Shown here piece after piece: positions 15,207 to 23,997 of a DNA stretch of 58,747 nt (within the stretch, counting starts at the first letter, position 1; each line of letters starts with the position of its first letter). The notes below the pieces were generated by a model. The model searched no databases and had not been told where the DNA came from. It was given only the letters and a program-made list of their open reading frames with translations. Source of the DNA: a virus (lineage: Duplodnaviria > Caudoviricetes). The translations under genes were made by a program, and so were the position numbers. The DNA lies in IMG/VR virus record IMGVR_UViG_3300033148_009015, positions 1 through 58,747 of that record; one strand, 5' to 3'.

Positions 15207-15882
15207 ATGCTCGGACTGTGGCTGTGTGCTGTCCGAGGAGCGAACGACGCCGGTGGTGCATGCCTACTGCAGACCCTGCCAGGCCCGGCGCGACCATCGT
15301 GCCGCAGTTGCCCGCCGGCGCCGGACGCGGGCCCAGCGAGTTGCCGCCCTGGACCAGCTGATTCCGCCGCTGTACGCCGGTGCCCGCCTGCGCCATTTTC
15401 GGCCCGAGTTCCGGCACGAGCTCGTCCGGCATTGGCGCCAGGGCATAGTGTTGTACGGCCCGACCGGCACCGGGAAGTCCTATGCCCTGTGCGCCCTGCT
15501 GCGGGCGCTGACCCTGGCTGGACACTGCTGCACACGCACCAGCTGGATTCGGATGTGCCTGGAGACGCGGGAGGCCTTCGTCCGCGACGCGACCGTTACG
15601 GAGCTGGCTGTGGTGCGGCGCTACAGCCAGGCGCCCGTGCTCTGTATCGAGGACCTCGGCAGCGACAGGCCCGTCGGCCACGAGGAGTCGGCGTTCGCGC
15701 TGCGGCTGTTCTACGCCGTGCTGGACCAGCGCCAGGAGCGGCTTCTCCCGACGCTGATAAGCACAAACAAGACCTTCGGCAACATCGCCAGGAGCTTCGA
15801 CGACCGCATCGCCAGCCGGCTGCGACTGTTCCGGTGGCTGGGCGTCGGCGGCCCCGACCGCCGCAAAGGGGGCCCGCAATGA
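15085..15882 (+). CDS. DnaC/IstB-like helicase loader ATPase
   Basis: CxxC...CxxC, GPTGTGKS, LCIEDLG, PTLISTN, RIASRL. Confidence 0.85.
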   Translation: MAISEARFQALNERLRQRQAAAARESTSRISATCPPLREHRCSDCGCVLSEERTTPVVHAYCRPCQARRDHRAAVARRRRTRAQRVAALDQLIPPLYAGARLRHFRPEFRHELVRHWRQGIVLYGPTGTGKSYALCALLRALTLAGHCCTRTSWIRMCLETREAFVRDATVTELAVVRRYSQAPVLCIEDLGSDRPVGHEESAFALRLFYAVLDQRQERLLPTLISTNKTFGNIARSFDDRIASRLRLFRWLGVGGPDRRKGGPQ

Positions 15883-16346
15883 GCGCGCCGTTGCGAGCGA
15901 GCTTCCTACAGGACAAGGGCATCTGGCCCGAGTCGGCCGGACCGCCCTGCCGCGTGGCCCTGGCGGACCTGCGTACTGCCCTGGCCGAGGCGGGCGCGGT
16001 GGAGGTCCTGGTGGACGTGCCGGTCACGCCGGACGAGCAGCTGTCGCTGGCGGAGGTCCTGCGGGACCTGGGGGCCAGGGATGTAGTGCTGCACTACGCG
16101 GACATGGCAGCTCCTCAGACCGAGGCGGCCGACTCGGCGGGCACGCCGCGCGGCCTGTGCACGGCGGAGCAGGCCGCCCGTGCCCTCGAGATGCTCGATG
16201 AGGTCCTCGCCAGCGCCCGCGCCAGCAGGTCCGTTGCGGCAAGGCTCGCCGGGCTGAAGGCCTGCCGCCGGGCCTTTACCGCCGCCGAGCTGGCGGACAT
16301 CGCGTCGTTGCACGCGAATCTTGTGGGCGACGAGGCAGTCGAATGA
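15879..16346 (+). CDS. Hypothetical protein
   Basis: ATGA overlap with the loader stop; MSAPLRASFLQDKG... Confidence 0.65.
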   Translation: MSAPLRASFLQDKGIWPESAGPPCRVALADLRTALAEAGAVEVLVDVPVTPDEQLSLAEVLRDLGARDVVLHYADMAAPQTEAADSAGTPRGLCTAEQAARALEMLDEVLASARASRSVAARLAGLKACRRAFTAAELADIASLHANLVGDEAVE

Positions 16347-16540
16347 GCCTTCGGGACTGCGCGCCTGTGCGGGCATCGTATTGCCCCGAATCGTTGCGCC
16401 AGACCGCGCAGGAGGGCCAAACGCAAGGACATAGGCGGTTTTCTGCCTTGGGATAGAGTTTTTCGATTCTGCGCAATCCTCGTGCGTTTTTCGGGCAAGT
16501 GTGTGGTAACTATGTATATTGTTACGTCTCTGCTGAGAAG

Positions 16541-16653
16541 TATGCGCATCGTGTTACTGGTCGGGTTGAAAATATGCGCACCGTGCTACCGATTAGGTTG
16601 TGGGTATGCGCATCGTGTTACGTAATGGCTCGCAAGTATGCGCACTTTTGCAG
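16541..16653 (+). repeat. 32-bp periodic array of TATGCGCAYCGTGYTAC motifs
   Basis: TATGCGCA at 16541, 16573, 16605 and 16637 (exact 32-bp spacing), with variable 15-bp linkers. Confidence 0.85.
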
Positions 16654-16715
16654 GCCGTGGCCGAAAAATACGTACTTACCACAATGTGGAAACTACGTAG
16701 ATTTTGCGGTGGTCC

Positions 16716-16745
16716 TTGACAGCCGGGCATTGCCGGCTATAGACT
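16716..16745 (+). promoter_or_regulatory. Promoter for the packaging/late operon
   Basis: TTGACA at 16716 with TATAGACT -10 region 16-18 nt downstream. Confidence 0.55.
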
Positions 16746-16754
16746 GGGGCCGCC

Positions 16755-17345
16755 ATGAGCGCTGAAGCCGGAACAAATAGAGTCTTGCCACAGGACCTCG
16801 ATGTCCAGTGGATGCCCATCGGCAAGGTGAAGCCCTACCCCAGGAACCCGCGCGCGAATGACGCGGCCGTGGACAGTGTCGCACGCAGCATAAGCGAATT
16901 CGGTTGGCGGCAGCCCATCGTCGTTGACCGCGACATGGTCGTCGTCGCAGGACATACGCGGCTGAAGGCGGCGAAGAAGCTCCGCCTGAAGGTTGTGCCG
17001 GTCCACGTGGCGGCGAATCTCACGCCCGAACAAGCAAGGGCGTATCGCCTGATGGATAATCGCTCACATGACTTTTCGGGCTGGGACATGCCTGTTCTCC
17101 AGGAGGAACTGGCGGAGCTGGAGCTTGCCGGCTACGACCTCTCACTTACGGGCTGGTCACAATTGGAAGTTGCCTCCGCCGAACTTGCGGGCGTCCAGGA
17201 CGAGGACGCCGAGCCGCCAGAGCTGCCGGACTATATCAGTTTCGTCGTGACGCCGGAAGAACGCCGGGAAATCGAGGACGCCCTGGCTCAGCAACGCGGC
17301 GCGAATCCAACGGAGCGATTGCTATGGCTGATAAGGAGCAGATAG
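16755..17345 (+). CDS. ParB/Srx N-terminal domain protein
   Basis: KPYPRNPR, SISEFGWRQPIVVD, AGHTRLKAA, AYRLMDN. Confidence 0.9.
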   Translation: MSAEAGTNRVLPQDLDVQWMPIGKVKPYPRNPRANDAAVDSVARSISEFGWRQPIVVDRDMVVVAGHTRLKAAKKLRLKVVPVHVAANLTPEQARAYRLMDNRSHDFSGWDMPVLQEELAELELAGYDLSLTGWSQLEVASAELAGVQDEDAEPPELPDYISFVVTPEERREIEDALAQQRGANPTERLLWLIRSR

Positions 17346-17776
17346 TTTACCGCCGAGCCACCATGAGGGACCTGCCGCGAATCTGCGAATTCGTGGACTG
17401 GTGGCTCGCCGGGCGCGCCAAGGCAAGAGGGGTTAAGAACGCCGGAGACGATTATTTTGTCACCCCGTCGCAGCACCGCGCATACCTAAAGGGCTGCCAT
17501 GTACTCTTGGCCGAGGCTGGCGATAGAATCGTCGGCTGGGCCGTAAAGGAGCCCACTAACGTCCTGATACATCTGCTCGTCGCGGCGGATTGGCGGGGCC
17601 GCGGCATCGGCAAGAAGATGCTCCACATCTTGGACCCGGACATCATCCGCAGCAAGAGCGACCAGACGACAGGCGACCCGGCCCGGTTCTACGAGGCACA
17701 AGGATATATGAGAATGGGGCACGTGAAGGTCGGCCGCAAGCGAAACATAGACCTCATGGCCAAACGGATGTCGTAA
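17324..17776 (+). CDS. GNAT acetyltransferase
   Basis: YRRAT..DL, LLVAADWRGRGIGKKM, FYEAQGY. Confidence 0.85.
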   Translation: MADKEQIVYRRATMRDLPRICEFVDWWLAGRAKARGVKNAGDDYFVTPSQHRAYLKGCHVLLAEAGDRIVGWAVKEPTNVLIHLLVAADWRGRGIGKKMLHILDPDIIRSKSDQTTGDPARFYEAQGYMRMGHVKVGRKRNIDLMAKRMS

Positions 17777-17780
17777 TCCA

Positions 17781-19190
17781 GTGGCAAAAACAACTACAAA
17801 ATCGAAACTGAAACCGAAAATGCAACCAGCGGCGCCCGCCCCGACAATCCACTGCAACTACGACGAGCTGCTGCCGGTCAAGGACTTCAGGCCGCATCCA
17901 GCGAACCCCGCCAGGCACCCCGAGCACCAGGTGGAGTTGCTGGCAAAGATAATCGCCGCCCACGGCATCCGGCACCCGATAACCGTGAGCAAGCGGTCGG
18001 GCTTTGTCGTTAGCGGCCACTGCCGGCTGCTGGCCGCCAAAGAGCTTGGCCTCGAGCGCTTCCCGGCCGACATGCAGGACTTCGCCAGCGAGGCCGAGGA
18101 GCTGGCCGTCCTCGTGGCCGACAACCAGGTGGCGGAGCTGGCCGAGACCGACGGGCAAATAATGGCCGACGTGCTCGTCGAACTCGACCAGGCGAACTAT
18201 CCGCTGGAGCTGACGGCGCTAACAGAAGAAGAGATTGTCGATTATATCGAAGGTCCTATTGACGACATGGCGGGCCTGACCGACCCCGATGCGGTGCCGG
18301 AGCCTCCCGACGAGGCCGTCACGCAGCCGGGCGACCTGTGGTCGCTCGGCAACCATCGCCTCCTCTGCGGCGATTCCGGCAAGGCCGAGGACGTGGACCG
18401 GCTGCTCGACGGGGCGACCGTGCAGCTGGTGAACACCGACCCGCCGTACAACGTCGGCGTCGCCCCCCGTAGCGGCAACGCCATCGCAGCCTCGGGCGAC
18501 CGTCCCGTCGGCCAGCAGGGCATTGACATCGCCATCCGGGGCAAGAAGCCCATACATGGGACGAAATACGCTCAGACAAAGAAGCTCCGCCCTAAGGACC
18601 GGCCGCTCGTCAACGACTCCGTCTCGGACGAGGAGTTCGCGCGGCTCCTGCGGGCGTGGTTTAGGAACATCCAGGGCGTGCTCGAACCCGGGCGGTCGTT
18701 CTACATCTGGGGCGGTCACTCGAATGTGTGCAATTATCCGGCTGTCCTCAAAGAATGTGGACTCTACTTCTCGCAGACAATAGTCTGGGTCAAGGAACAT
18801 CCGGGTCTCGCGGGCAAGGACTTCCTCGCGAATCACGAGTGGTGCTTCTATGGTTGGAGGGAGGGCGCAGCCCACTGGTTCAACGCGGAGATTACCAGCG
18901 CGACTGATGTTTGGAGTGTCAAGAAGGTCCCGCCGCAATCAAAGGTGCATTTGACCGAGAAGCCCGTGGAACTGGCGGTGCGTGCCATGACCTACAGCAG
19001 CAAGCCGGGGGAGAACGTGCTGGACCTGTTCGGCGGCTCGGGCAGCACTCTCATCGCGGCCGAGAAGATGGGCCGCCGGGCGTTCCTCATGGAAATCGAC
19101 CCGCTCTACTGCGACGTCATCGTCAAAAGGTGGGAGGAGTTTACGGGAAGGAAGGCCGAGAGGACATCGGCCGCATTTGATGGCGAGTGA
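17781..19190 (+). CDS. ParB-domain DNA methyltransferase (N6/N4, beta class)
   Basis: N-terminal ParB; HRLLCGDS, TDPPYN, H.TEKPV, LDLFGGSGST. Confidence 0.92.
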   Translation: MAKTTTKSKLKPKMQPAAPAPTIHCNYDELLPVKDFRPHPANPARHPEHQVELLAKIIAAHGIRHPITVSKRSGFVVSGHCRLLAAKELGLERFPADMQDFASEAEELAVLVADNQVAELAETDGQIMADVLVELDQANYPLELTALTEEEIVDYIEGPIDDMAGLTDPDAVPEPPDEAVTQPGDLWSLGNHRLLCGDSGKAEDVDRLLDGATVQLVNTDPPYNVGVAPRSGNAIAASGDRPVGQQGIDIAIRGKKPIHGTKYAQTKKLRPKDRPLVNDSVSDEEFARLLRAWFRNIQGVLEPGRSFYIWGGHSNVCNYPAVLKECGLYFSQTIVWVKEHPGLAGKDFLANHEWCFYGWREGAAHWFNAEITSATDVWSVKKVPPQSKVHLTEKPVELAVRAMTYSSKPGENVLDLFGGSGSTLIAAEKMGRRAFLMEIDPLYCDVIVKRWEEFTGRKAERTSAAFDGE

Positions 19191-19196
19191 GCCGAC

Positions 19197-19961
19197 ATGC
19201 CGGGCAAGAAAAAGACCAAGTCCGCCAAGCGCTACAAGCCCGACGAGGTCAAGCGAATGAAGCGCGCCTATATGCGGACGCAGAGCTATGCCATGGCCGC
19301 CAAGGTCGTCGGCTGTCACCCGACCACCATCCGGCGGTTCGCCAAGCGCCTGGGCTGGACCGAGCCCATCGACCGCAACGCGCTTAAGGGGCGAGAGACC
19401 ACCCTCACCGCCGACATTGCCGTCCGCCTGGCAATCGGCTGGCGGGAGAACATCGGCGACGAGACGCTGGCGGCGCTGGTCGGCGTTAGCCATGGGCAGC
19501 TCCGCTGGTGGCTCGAGAACAATACACAGGTGACAATCGTCCGCCGGGTGCACAAACTTGGCCCCGATGGAAAGCCGCTGACGGACGCCAACGGCAACGA
19601 GGTTGTCGAGCGGCGGGCCGAGGAGATTGGACTGCACGACTTACGGGTGAAGGCGCGCGCCGAACTCGAGTTCGATTACCTGGCCAAGCACGCGCGAGCA
19701 ATCGAGCGTGCCCTGGCGGCCGGCGACCTGCGCACCGCGATGCATGGCATCGAATGGCGCCTAACTGTGCACAATAGACCCAAATATGCGGGGACCGCCC
19801 CCGTGCAGGTGAATGTGAGCCAGCAGCTCCAGAATCTCGTGAACATCGAGGAGCTGAACCTGCCGCTCGAGGTGCGCAAGCAGATACTCTTCGAGATTCG
19901 CAGGCGGCGCGCCGCAGAGGCCGACCCCCGCGGGAAGGGGGCGCGGCATGCCGGGGAATGA
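19197..19961 (+). CDS. Probable terminase small subunit (HTH)
   Basis: N-terminal HTH; located immediately before the large terminase. Confidence 0.6.
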   Translation: MPGKKKTKSAKRYKPDEVKRMKRAYMRTQSYAMAAKVVGCHPTTIRRFAKRLGWTEPIDRNALKGRETTLTADIAVRLAIGWRENIGDETLAALVGVSHGQLRWWLENNTQVTIVRRVHKLGPDGKPLTDANGNEVVERRAEEIGLHDLRVKARAELEFDYLAKHARAIERALAAGDLRTAMHGIEWRLTVHNRPKYAGTAPVQVNVSQQLQNLVNIEELNLPLEVRKQILFEIRRRRAAEADPRGKGARHAGE

Positions 19962-19964
19962 ACG

Positions 19965-21401
19965 ATGGCGAGCGGCAAGTCGACACTACTACTGGACGAG
20001 CTCGACGTGATGGCCAGCGTCGTCAAGGACAGCCTGTACGAGTTCCTGCTGGAGTTCTGGCCGGATGTCTGCGCCGAGCCGTACATCGACAACTGGCATA
20101 TCCCCTACCTGTGCGGTGAGCTCGAACGCATCGCGCGGCGCGCGGCCAGCGGCCTGCCCCGCGAGCACGACCTGGTCGTCAACATCAGCCCCGGCAGCAC
20201 AAAGAGCCTGCTGGTGAGCGTGATGTTCCCCGCCTGGGTCTGGACGTGGTGGCCGAGCGCGAGCTTCATCGCGGCCAGCTACACCTACAGCCTGGCCGTC
20301 CGCCTGAGCCGAATGAACCGCATGTTGGTGCGCTGCGAGCGGTACGCGGCGGCCTTCCCGGCCACGCACATCATCGAGGACCAGGACACGAAGGGCTACT
20401 TCGTCAACCTGTCGAAGGGCGAGCGAATGTGCGCCGGAATTGACGGGGACGTGGTCGGCCGGCATGCGGATTTCATCCTCATCGACGACCCGCTCAAACC
20501 CAAGGGCGCCCGCAGCGAGGCCGAGCTGGCCAGCGCGAACATCTTCATCCGCGAGACGCTCTGGAGCCGCAAAAAGGACAAGGCCGTGACGCCGACGATA
20601 CTCATCATGCAGCGGCTCCACGAGGACGACCCGACCGGCATGATGCTGCGCGAGTTCGGCGGCGCGGTCCGGCACATCTGCCTGCCGGCGGAGCTGACCG
20701 ACGCGGTCAAGCCGCGCGAGCTGCGGCGCCGCTATATTGACGGCCTTATGGACCCCAGGCGGCTCGGCCGCGCGGTGCTCGACGAGGAGCGGCGCGTCGG
20801 CGAGTTCTACTACTCCGGCCAGTTCCTCCAGAGCCCCGTGCCCCCGTCGGGCGGCATGTTCAAGGCCGAGCGCCTGCGCATCGACACGCCGACTGGCCCG
20901 TGGACGCAGCGCGTGCGGTACTGGGACAAGGGCGGCACCAGGGACGGCGGGGCGTACACCGTCGGTGTGCTGATGGGCCGCAACTGCGATGGGCGATTCT
21001 GGGTGCTGGACGTTGTGCGCGGCCAGTGGGATGCCGCCGAGCGCGAGGCCAGAATCCAGCAGACCGCGGCGGTGGACGGCAAGGCCGTGATAATCGGCAT
21101 CGAGCAGGAGCCCGGCAGCGGCGGCAAGGAGTCCGCCGAGGCCACAGCCCGGCGGCTGGCCGGCTACCGCGTCCGTCTGGACCGGCCGACCGGGGACAAG
21201 GCGGCCAGGGCCGACCCGTTCGCCGCGCAGGTGAACGCCGGCAACGTCTGCCTTGCGCGCGGCGAATGGAACTCCGAGTACATAAGCGAGTTGACATTCT
21301 TCCCCGAGAGCCGGTATAAGGACCAGGTGGACGCCAGCAGCGGCGCGTTCAAGCTGCTTACGCGGCCGACAATCCGCGTCGGCGGCGGATTCATAACCTG
21401 A
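19965..21401 (+). CDS. terL: Terminase large subunit
   Basis: NWHI, NISPGSTKS, ILIDDP, IMQRLHEDD, RYWD, DQVDA. Confidence 0.93.
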   Translation: MASGKSTLLLDELDVMASVVKDSLYEFLLEFWPDVCAEPYIDNWHIPYLCGELERIARRAASGLPREHDLVVNISPGSTKSLLVSVMFPAWVWTWWPSASFIAASYTYSLAVRLSRMNRMLVRCERYAAAFPATHIIEDQDTKGYFVNLSKGERMCAGIDGDVVGRHADFILIDDPLKPKGARSEAELASANIFIRETLWSRKKDKAVTPTILIMQRLHEDDPTGMMLREFGGAVRHICLPAELTDAVKPRELRRRYIDGLMDPRRLGRAVLDEERRVGEFYYSGQFLQSPVPPSGGMFKAERLRIDTPTGPWTQRVRYWDKGGTRDGGAYTVGVLMGRNCDGRFWVLDVVRGQWDAAEREARIQQTAAVDGKAVIIGIEQEPGSGGKESAEATARRLAGYRVRLDRPTGDKAARADPFAAQVNAGNVCLARGEWNSEYISELTFFPESRYKDQVDASSGAFKLLTRPTIRVGGGFIT

Positions 21402-21417
21402 GTTGGAGCACAACCCA

Positions 21418-22857
21418 ATGGCCACCAAACGCACCCAAGCAACGAAGGCCGCAAGTGGGTTCAGCGGGCGCAGGACGCTCACCAAGGCCCAGTTCGAGCA
21501 GCTGCGCACGCTCCTGGCGAACCAGGCGTATACCCTGCGGCGCGAGACCATAGAGGCACTGCTCAACACCACGCGCGACGTGGACCAGGAGTGCCAGTAC
21601 CCGGCGACAATCGCCGTGAGCGACTACCAGGCCATGTATGAGCGAATGGGCCTGGCGGCACGGATAGTCTCGCTCTGGCCCGACGAGTGCTGGAAGCAGC
21701 CGCCGGAGATATACGAGACGGAGGAGTCGGACACCACGCCGTTCGAGGAGGCCTGGCGGCGGCTCTGCGAATCGGTCCCCGTCTGGGACGCGATGCACCG
21801 CGCTGACATTCTCAGCGGCATCGGTCGGTACGGTGTGCTACTACTGGGTCTCGACGACGGCAAGGAACTGTCGGAGCCGGCCGACGGGCTGGACGAGCGG
21901 GGCGAGCGGACCGCTGCCGGCGACCGGTCACTGCTGTACCTCAAGCCGGTCTCGGAGAACTCGGCCACCATCGAGACGCCGAAGCAGACCGACAAGACGA
22001 ACCCGCGCTATGGGCTGCCGCTTTACTACAGAATAACCTTCGAGAACGAGGCCGGCTCCGAGACGACGACCGAGGTGAAGGTGCACTGGACGCGGTGCAT
22101 CCACCTGGCGGACAACAGGGCCGACAGCGACGTGTACGGCGTGCCGCGCCTGCGCGACGTATACAACGACCTGCTCGACCTCAAGAAGGTCTCCGGCGGG
22201 GCCAGCGAGATGTTCTGGAAGGGCGGATTCCCGGGCTACTCGTTCGAGCTCACGCCGGAGGCGCAGAAGGCCGGGACCGAGGGGCTGACCGTGGACCTCG
22301 ACAGCATCAAGGAGCAGATGCTCCTGTACAGCGAGGGCCTCCAGCGCTGGATGTATCTGACCGGCATCACGATGAAGGACCATGCCCCGCAGATAGCCGA
22401 CCCGAGCGGCAATCTCGAATGGAAGGTCAAGCTGATAGCGATGGCCAAGGGCGTGCCGTACCGCCTGCTTCTCGGCACCGAGGAGGCGCGGCTGGCCGGC
22501 GCACAGGATAAGCGGGCGTGGAATGAGCGCGTCCAGCGCAGGCGCAACGGCTACCTGACCGCGATGGTCGTGCGGCCATGCATCGACCGGCTCATCGCCC
22601 TGGGCGTGCTGCCGGAGCCCGAGCGCTACACCGTCGCCTGGCCGGACATAGAGGCCACGACCGAGGCGGAGGTCGCAAGCGTGGCCAAGGACATGACCGA
22701 GGCCCTGGCTAAGTACGTAGTGGGCGGCGTGGACGCCCTCGTGCCGCCCCGGCAATACCTGACCACGGTGCTCAAGATGACCGATGAGCAGGCCGACGCT
22801 ATCCTGGCGGCGGTCGAGCAGGCCGAGGCCGAGATGGACGCAGACGAGCAAGAGTGA
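21418..22857 (+). CDS. Portal protein (DUF1073-like)
   Basis: Follows terL; MYER.GLAARIV, GRYGVLLLG, P.RLLLG...LAG. Confidence 0.85.
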   Translation: MATKRTQATKAASGFSGRRTLTKAQFEQLRTLLANQAYTLRRETIEALLNTTRDVDQECQYPATIAVSDYQAMYERMGLAARIVSLWPDECWKQPPEIYETEESDTTPFEEAWRRLCESVPVWDAMHRADILSGIGRYGVLLLGLDDGKELSEPADGLDERGERTAAGDRSLLYLKPVSENSATIETPKQTDKTNPRYGLPLYYRITFENEAGSETTTEVKVHWTRCIHLADNRADSDVYGVPRLRDVYNDLLDLKKVSGGASEMFWKGGFPGYSFELTPEAQKAGTEGLTVDLDSIKEQMLLYSEGLQRWMYLTGITMKDHAPQIADPSGNLEWKVKLIAMAKGVPYRLLLGTEEARLAGAQDKRAWNERVQRRRNGYLTAMVVRPCIDRLIALGVLPEPERYTVAWPDIEATTEAEVASVAKDMTEALAKYVVGGVDALVPPRQYLTTVLKMTDEQADAILAAVEQAEAEMDADEQE

Positions 22858-22945
22858 CAACCACAGGGCTGGGCAGGTCCGCGCTTGGCCGACTCTCACT
22901 GCCCCCGCCATAGCCGGGCCTGCCCTCGAATGAAAGGCGAGACTG

Positions 22946-23803
22946 TTGGCCCGTCGAACTATAGACCCGACCCGTACAGCGCTGCTGCGGCGCAAGTTCC
23001 TGGCGGACATAAACCGCCGACTGCGGTTACTCGCCAGGGAAATCACGCAGTTCATAGTGGACGAGGACGCCTTCGGTCTGGCCGAGCCGCAGGACCGCAG
23101 GCAGGCGCGGGCCGCAGGGCTCGTCGTACTACAGCACCGCGCATTCGCCTTCAGGACGAACCCGCGGAAGGTCGCGGGCTTCCGCCAGTGGCTCCAGGAC
23201 CGCATAAACCAGGGCATTCTCAGCACGACAGCCACCGGCCAGCCCTGGACACAGCCGTACATCGAGTCCGCCTACCGCAAGGGCGTCGTGAGGGCCTACA
23301 TTGACGCGCACAAGGCGGACCTGCTCCGCACACCGACATGGTATCAGGCCAGCCGGGAGGTGTTCCTGCGGACCGCCTTCAGCCAGCCGGAGACCACGAG
23401 CAAGCTGGAGCTCCTCGGCACACGCGCATTCGAGCAGCTGCGCGGCATAAGCGCAACGATGAGCCAGCAGATGAGCCGGGTGCTGGCCGACGGCCTGGCG
23501 GCGGGCCTTCACCCGCGGCAGATAGCGCGGGGCATGCGCAAGGTCATCACAGCGATGTCACGGACGCGGGCGCGAATGATTGCGCGGACGGAAATCGTAC
23601 ATGCCCACGCCGAGGGGCAACTCGACGCCTTCAGTCTGCTGCGCGTGCCCAGGCTGCGCATCAAAGCCGAGTGGAGCACCGCCGGCGACGAGCGCGTCTG
23701 CGCCCAATGTGGCGCGATGGAAGGCCGGGTGTTCACCATCGAGAAGGCGCGCGGCATGATTCCTCTTCATCCGAACTGCCGATGCGCGTGGATACCAGCG
23801 TAG
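22946..23803 (+). CDS. Minor head morphogenesis protein (SPP1 gp7/Mu F-like)
   Basis: RARMIARTE, D.RVC..C, IPLHPNCRC. Confidence 0.9.
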   Translation: MARRTIDPTRTALLRRKFLADINRRLRLLAREITQFIVDEDAFGLAEPQDRRQARAAGLVVLQHRAFAFRTNPRKVAGFRQWLQDRINQGILSTTATGQPWTQPYIESAYRKGVVRAYIDAHKADLLRTPTWYQASREVFLRTAFSQPETTSKLELLGTRAFEQLRGISATMSQQMSRVLADGLAAGLHPRQIARGMRKVITAMSRTRARMIARTEIVHAHAEGQLDAFSLLRVPRLRIKAEWSTAGDERVCAQCGAMEGRVFTIEKARGMIPLHPNCRCAWIPA

Positions 23804-23997
23804 CGGCCGAAAATACGCGACATTTTTGCGGCGCGCAAAGCCTTGTGCCTCAAGGACTTAGCAGCCAGAGCACAGTTTTTTTGCGACTACTGGCGAAAAA
23901 TCGCTTTGTACGGCCTTTGCCGCTGCGGCATAAATAGTGACATACTACACAGTGTGGGGGCGGCTGCTGGACAAGCAATCAACGAAAGGACCGAGCA

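Noticed and set aside
16541-16653. Possible CRISPR array
   Set aside because: 17-bp repeats and 15-bp spacers are too short, there are only 3-4 degenerate units, and there are no adaptation genes.
19989-21572. Long antisense ORFs (e.g. 527 aa opposite terL; others opposite portal, capsid, tape measure and SMC genes)
   Set aside because: Shadow ORFs expected in high-GC coding DNA; no motifs, and they fully overlap well-supported genes.
21418-22857. Anti-CBASS (Acb1) label sometimes attached to DUF1073 proteins
   Set aside because: Position and size indicate a portal protein; I saw no HxT phosphoesterase motifs.
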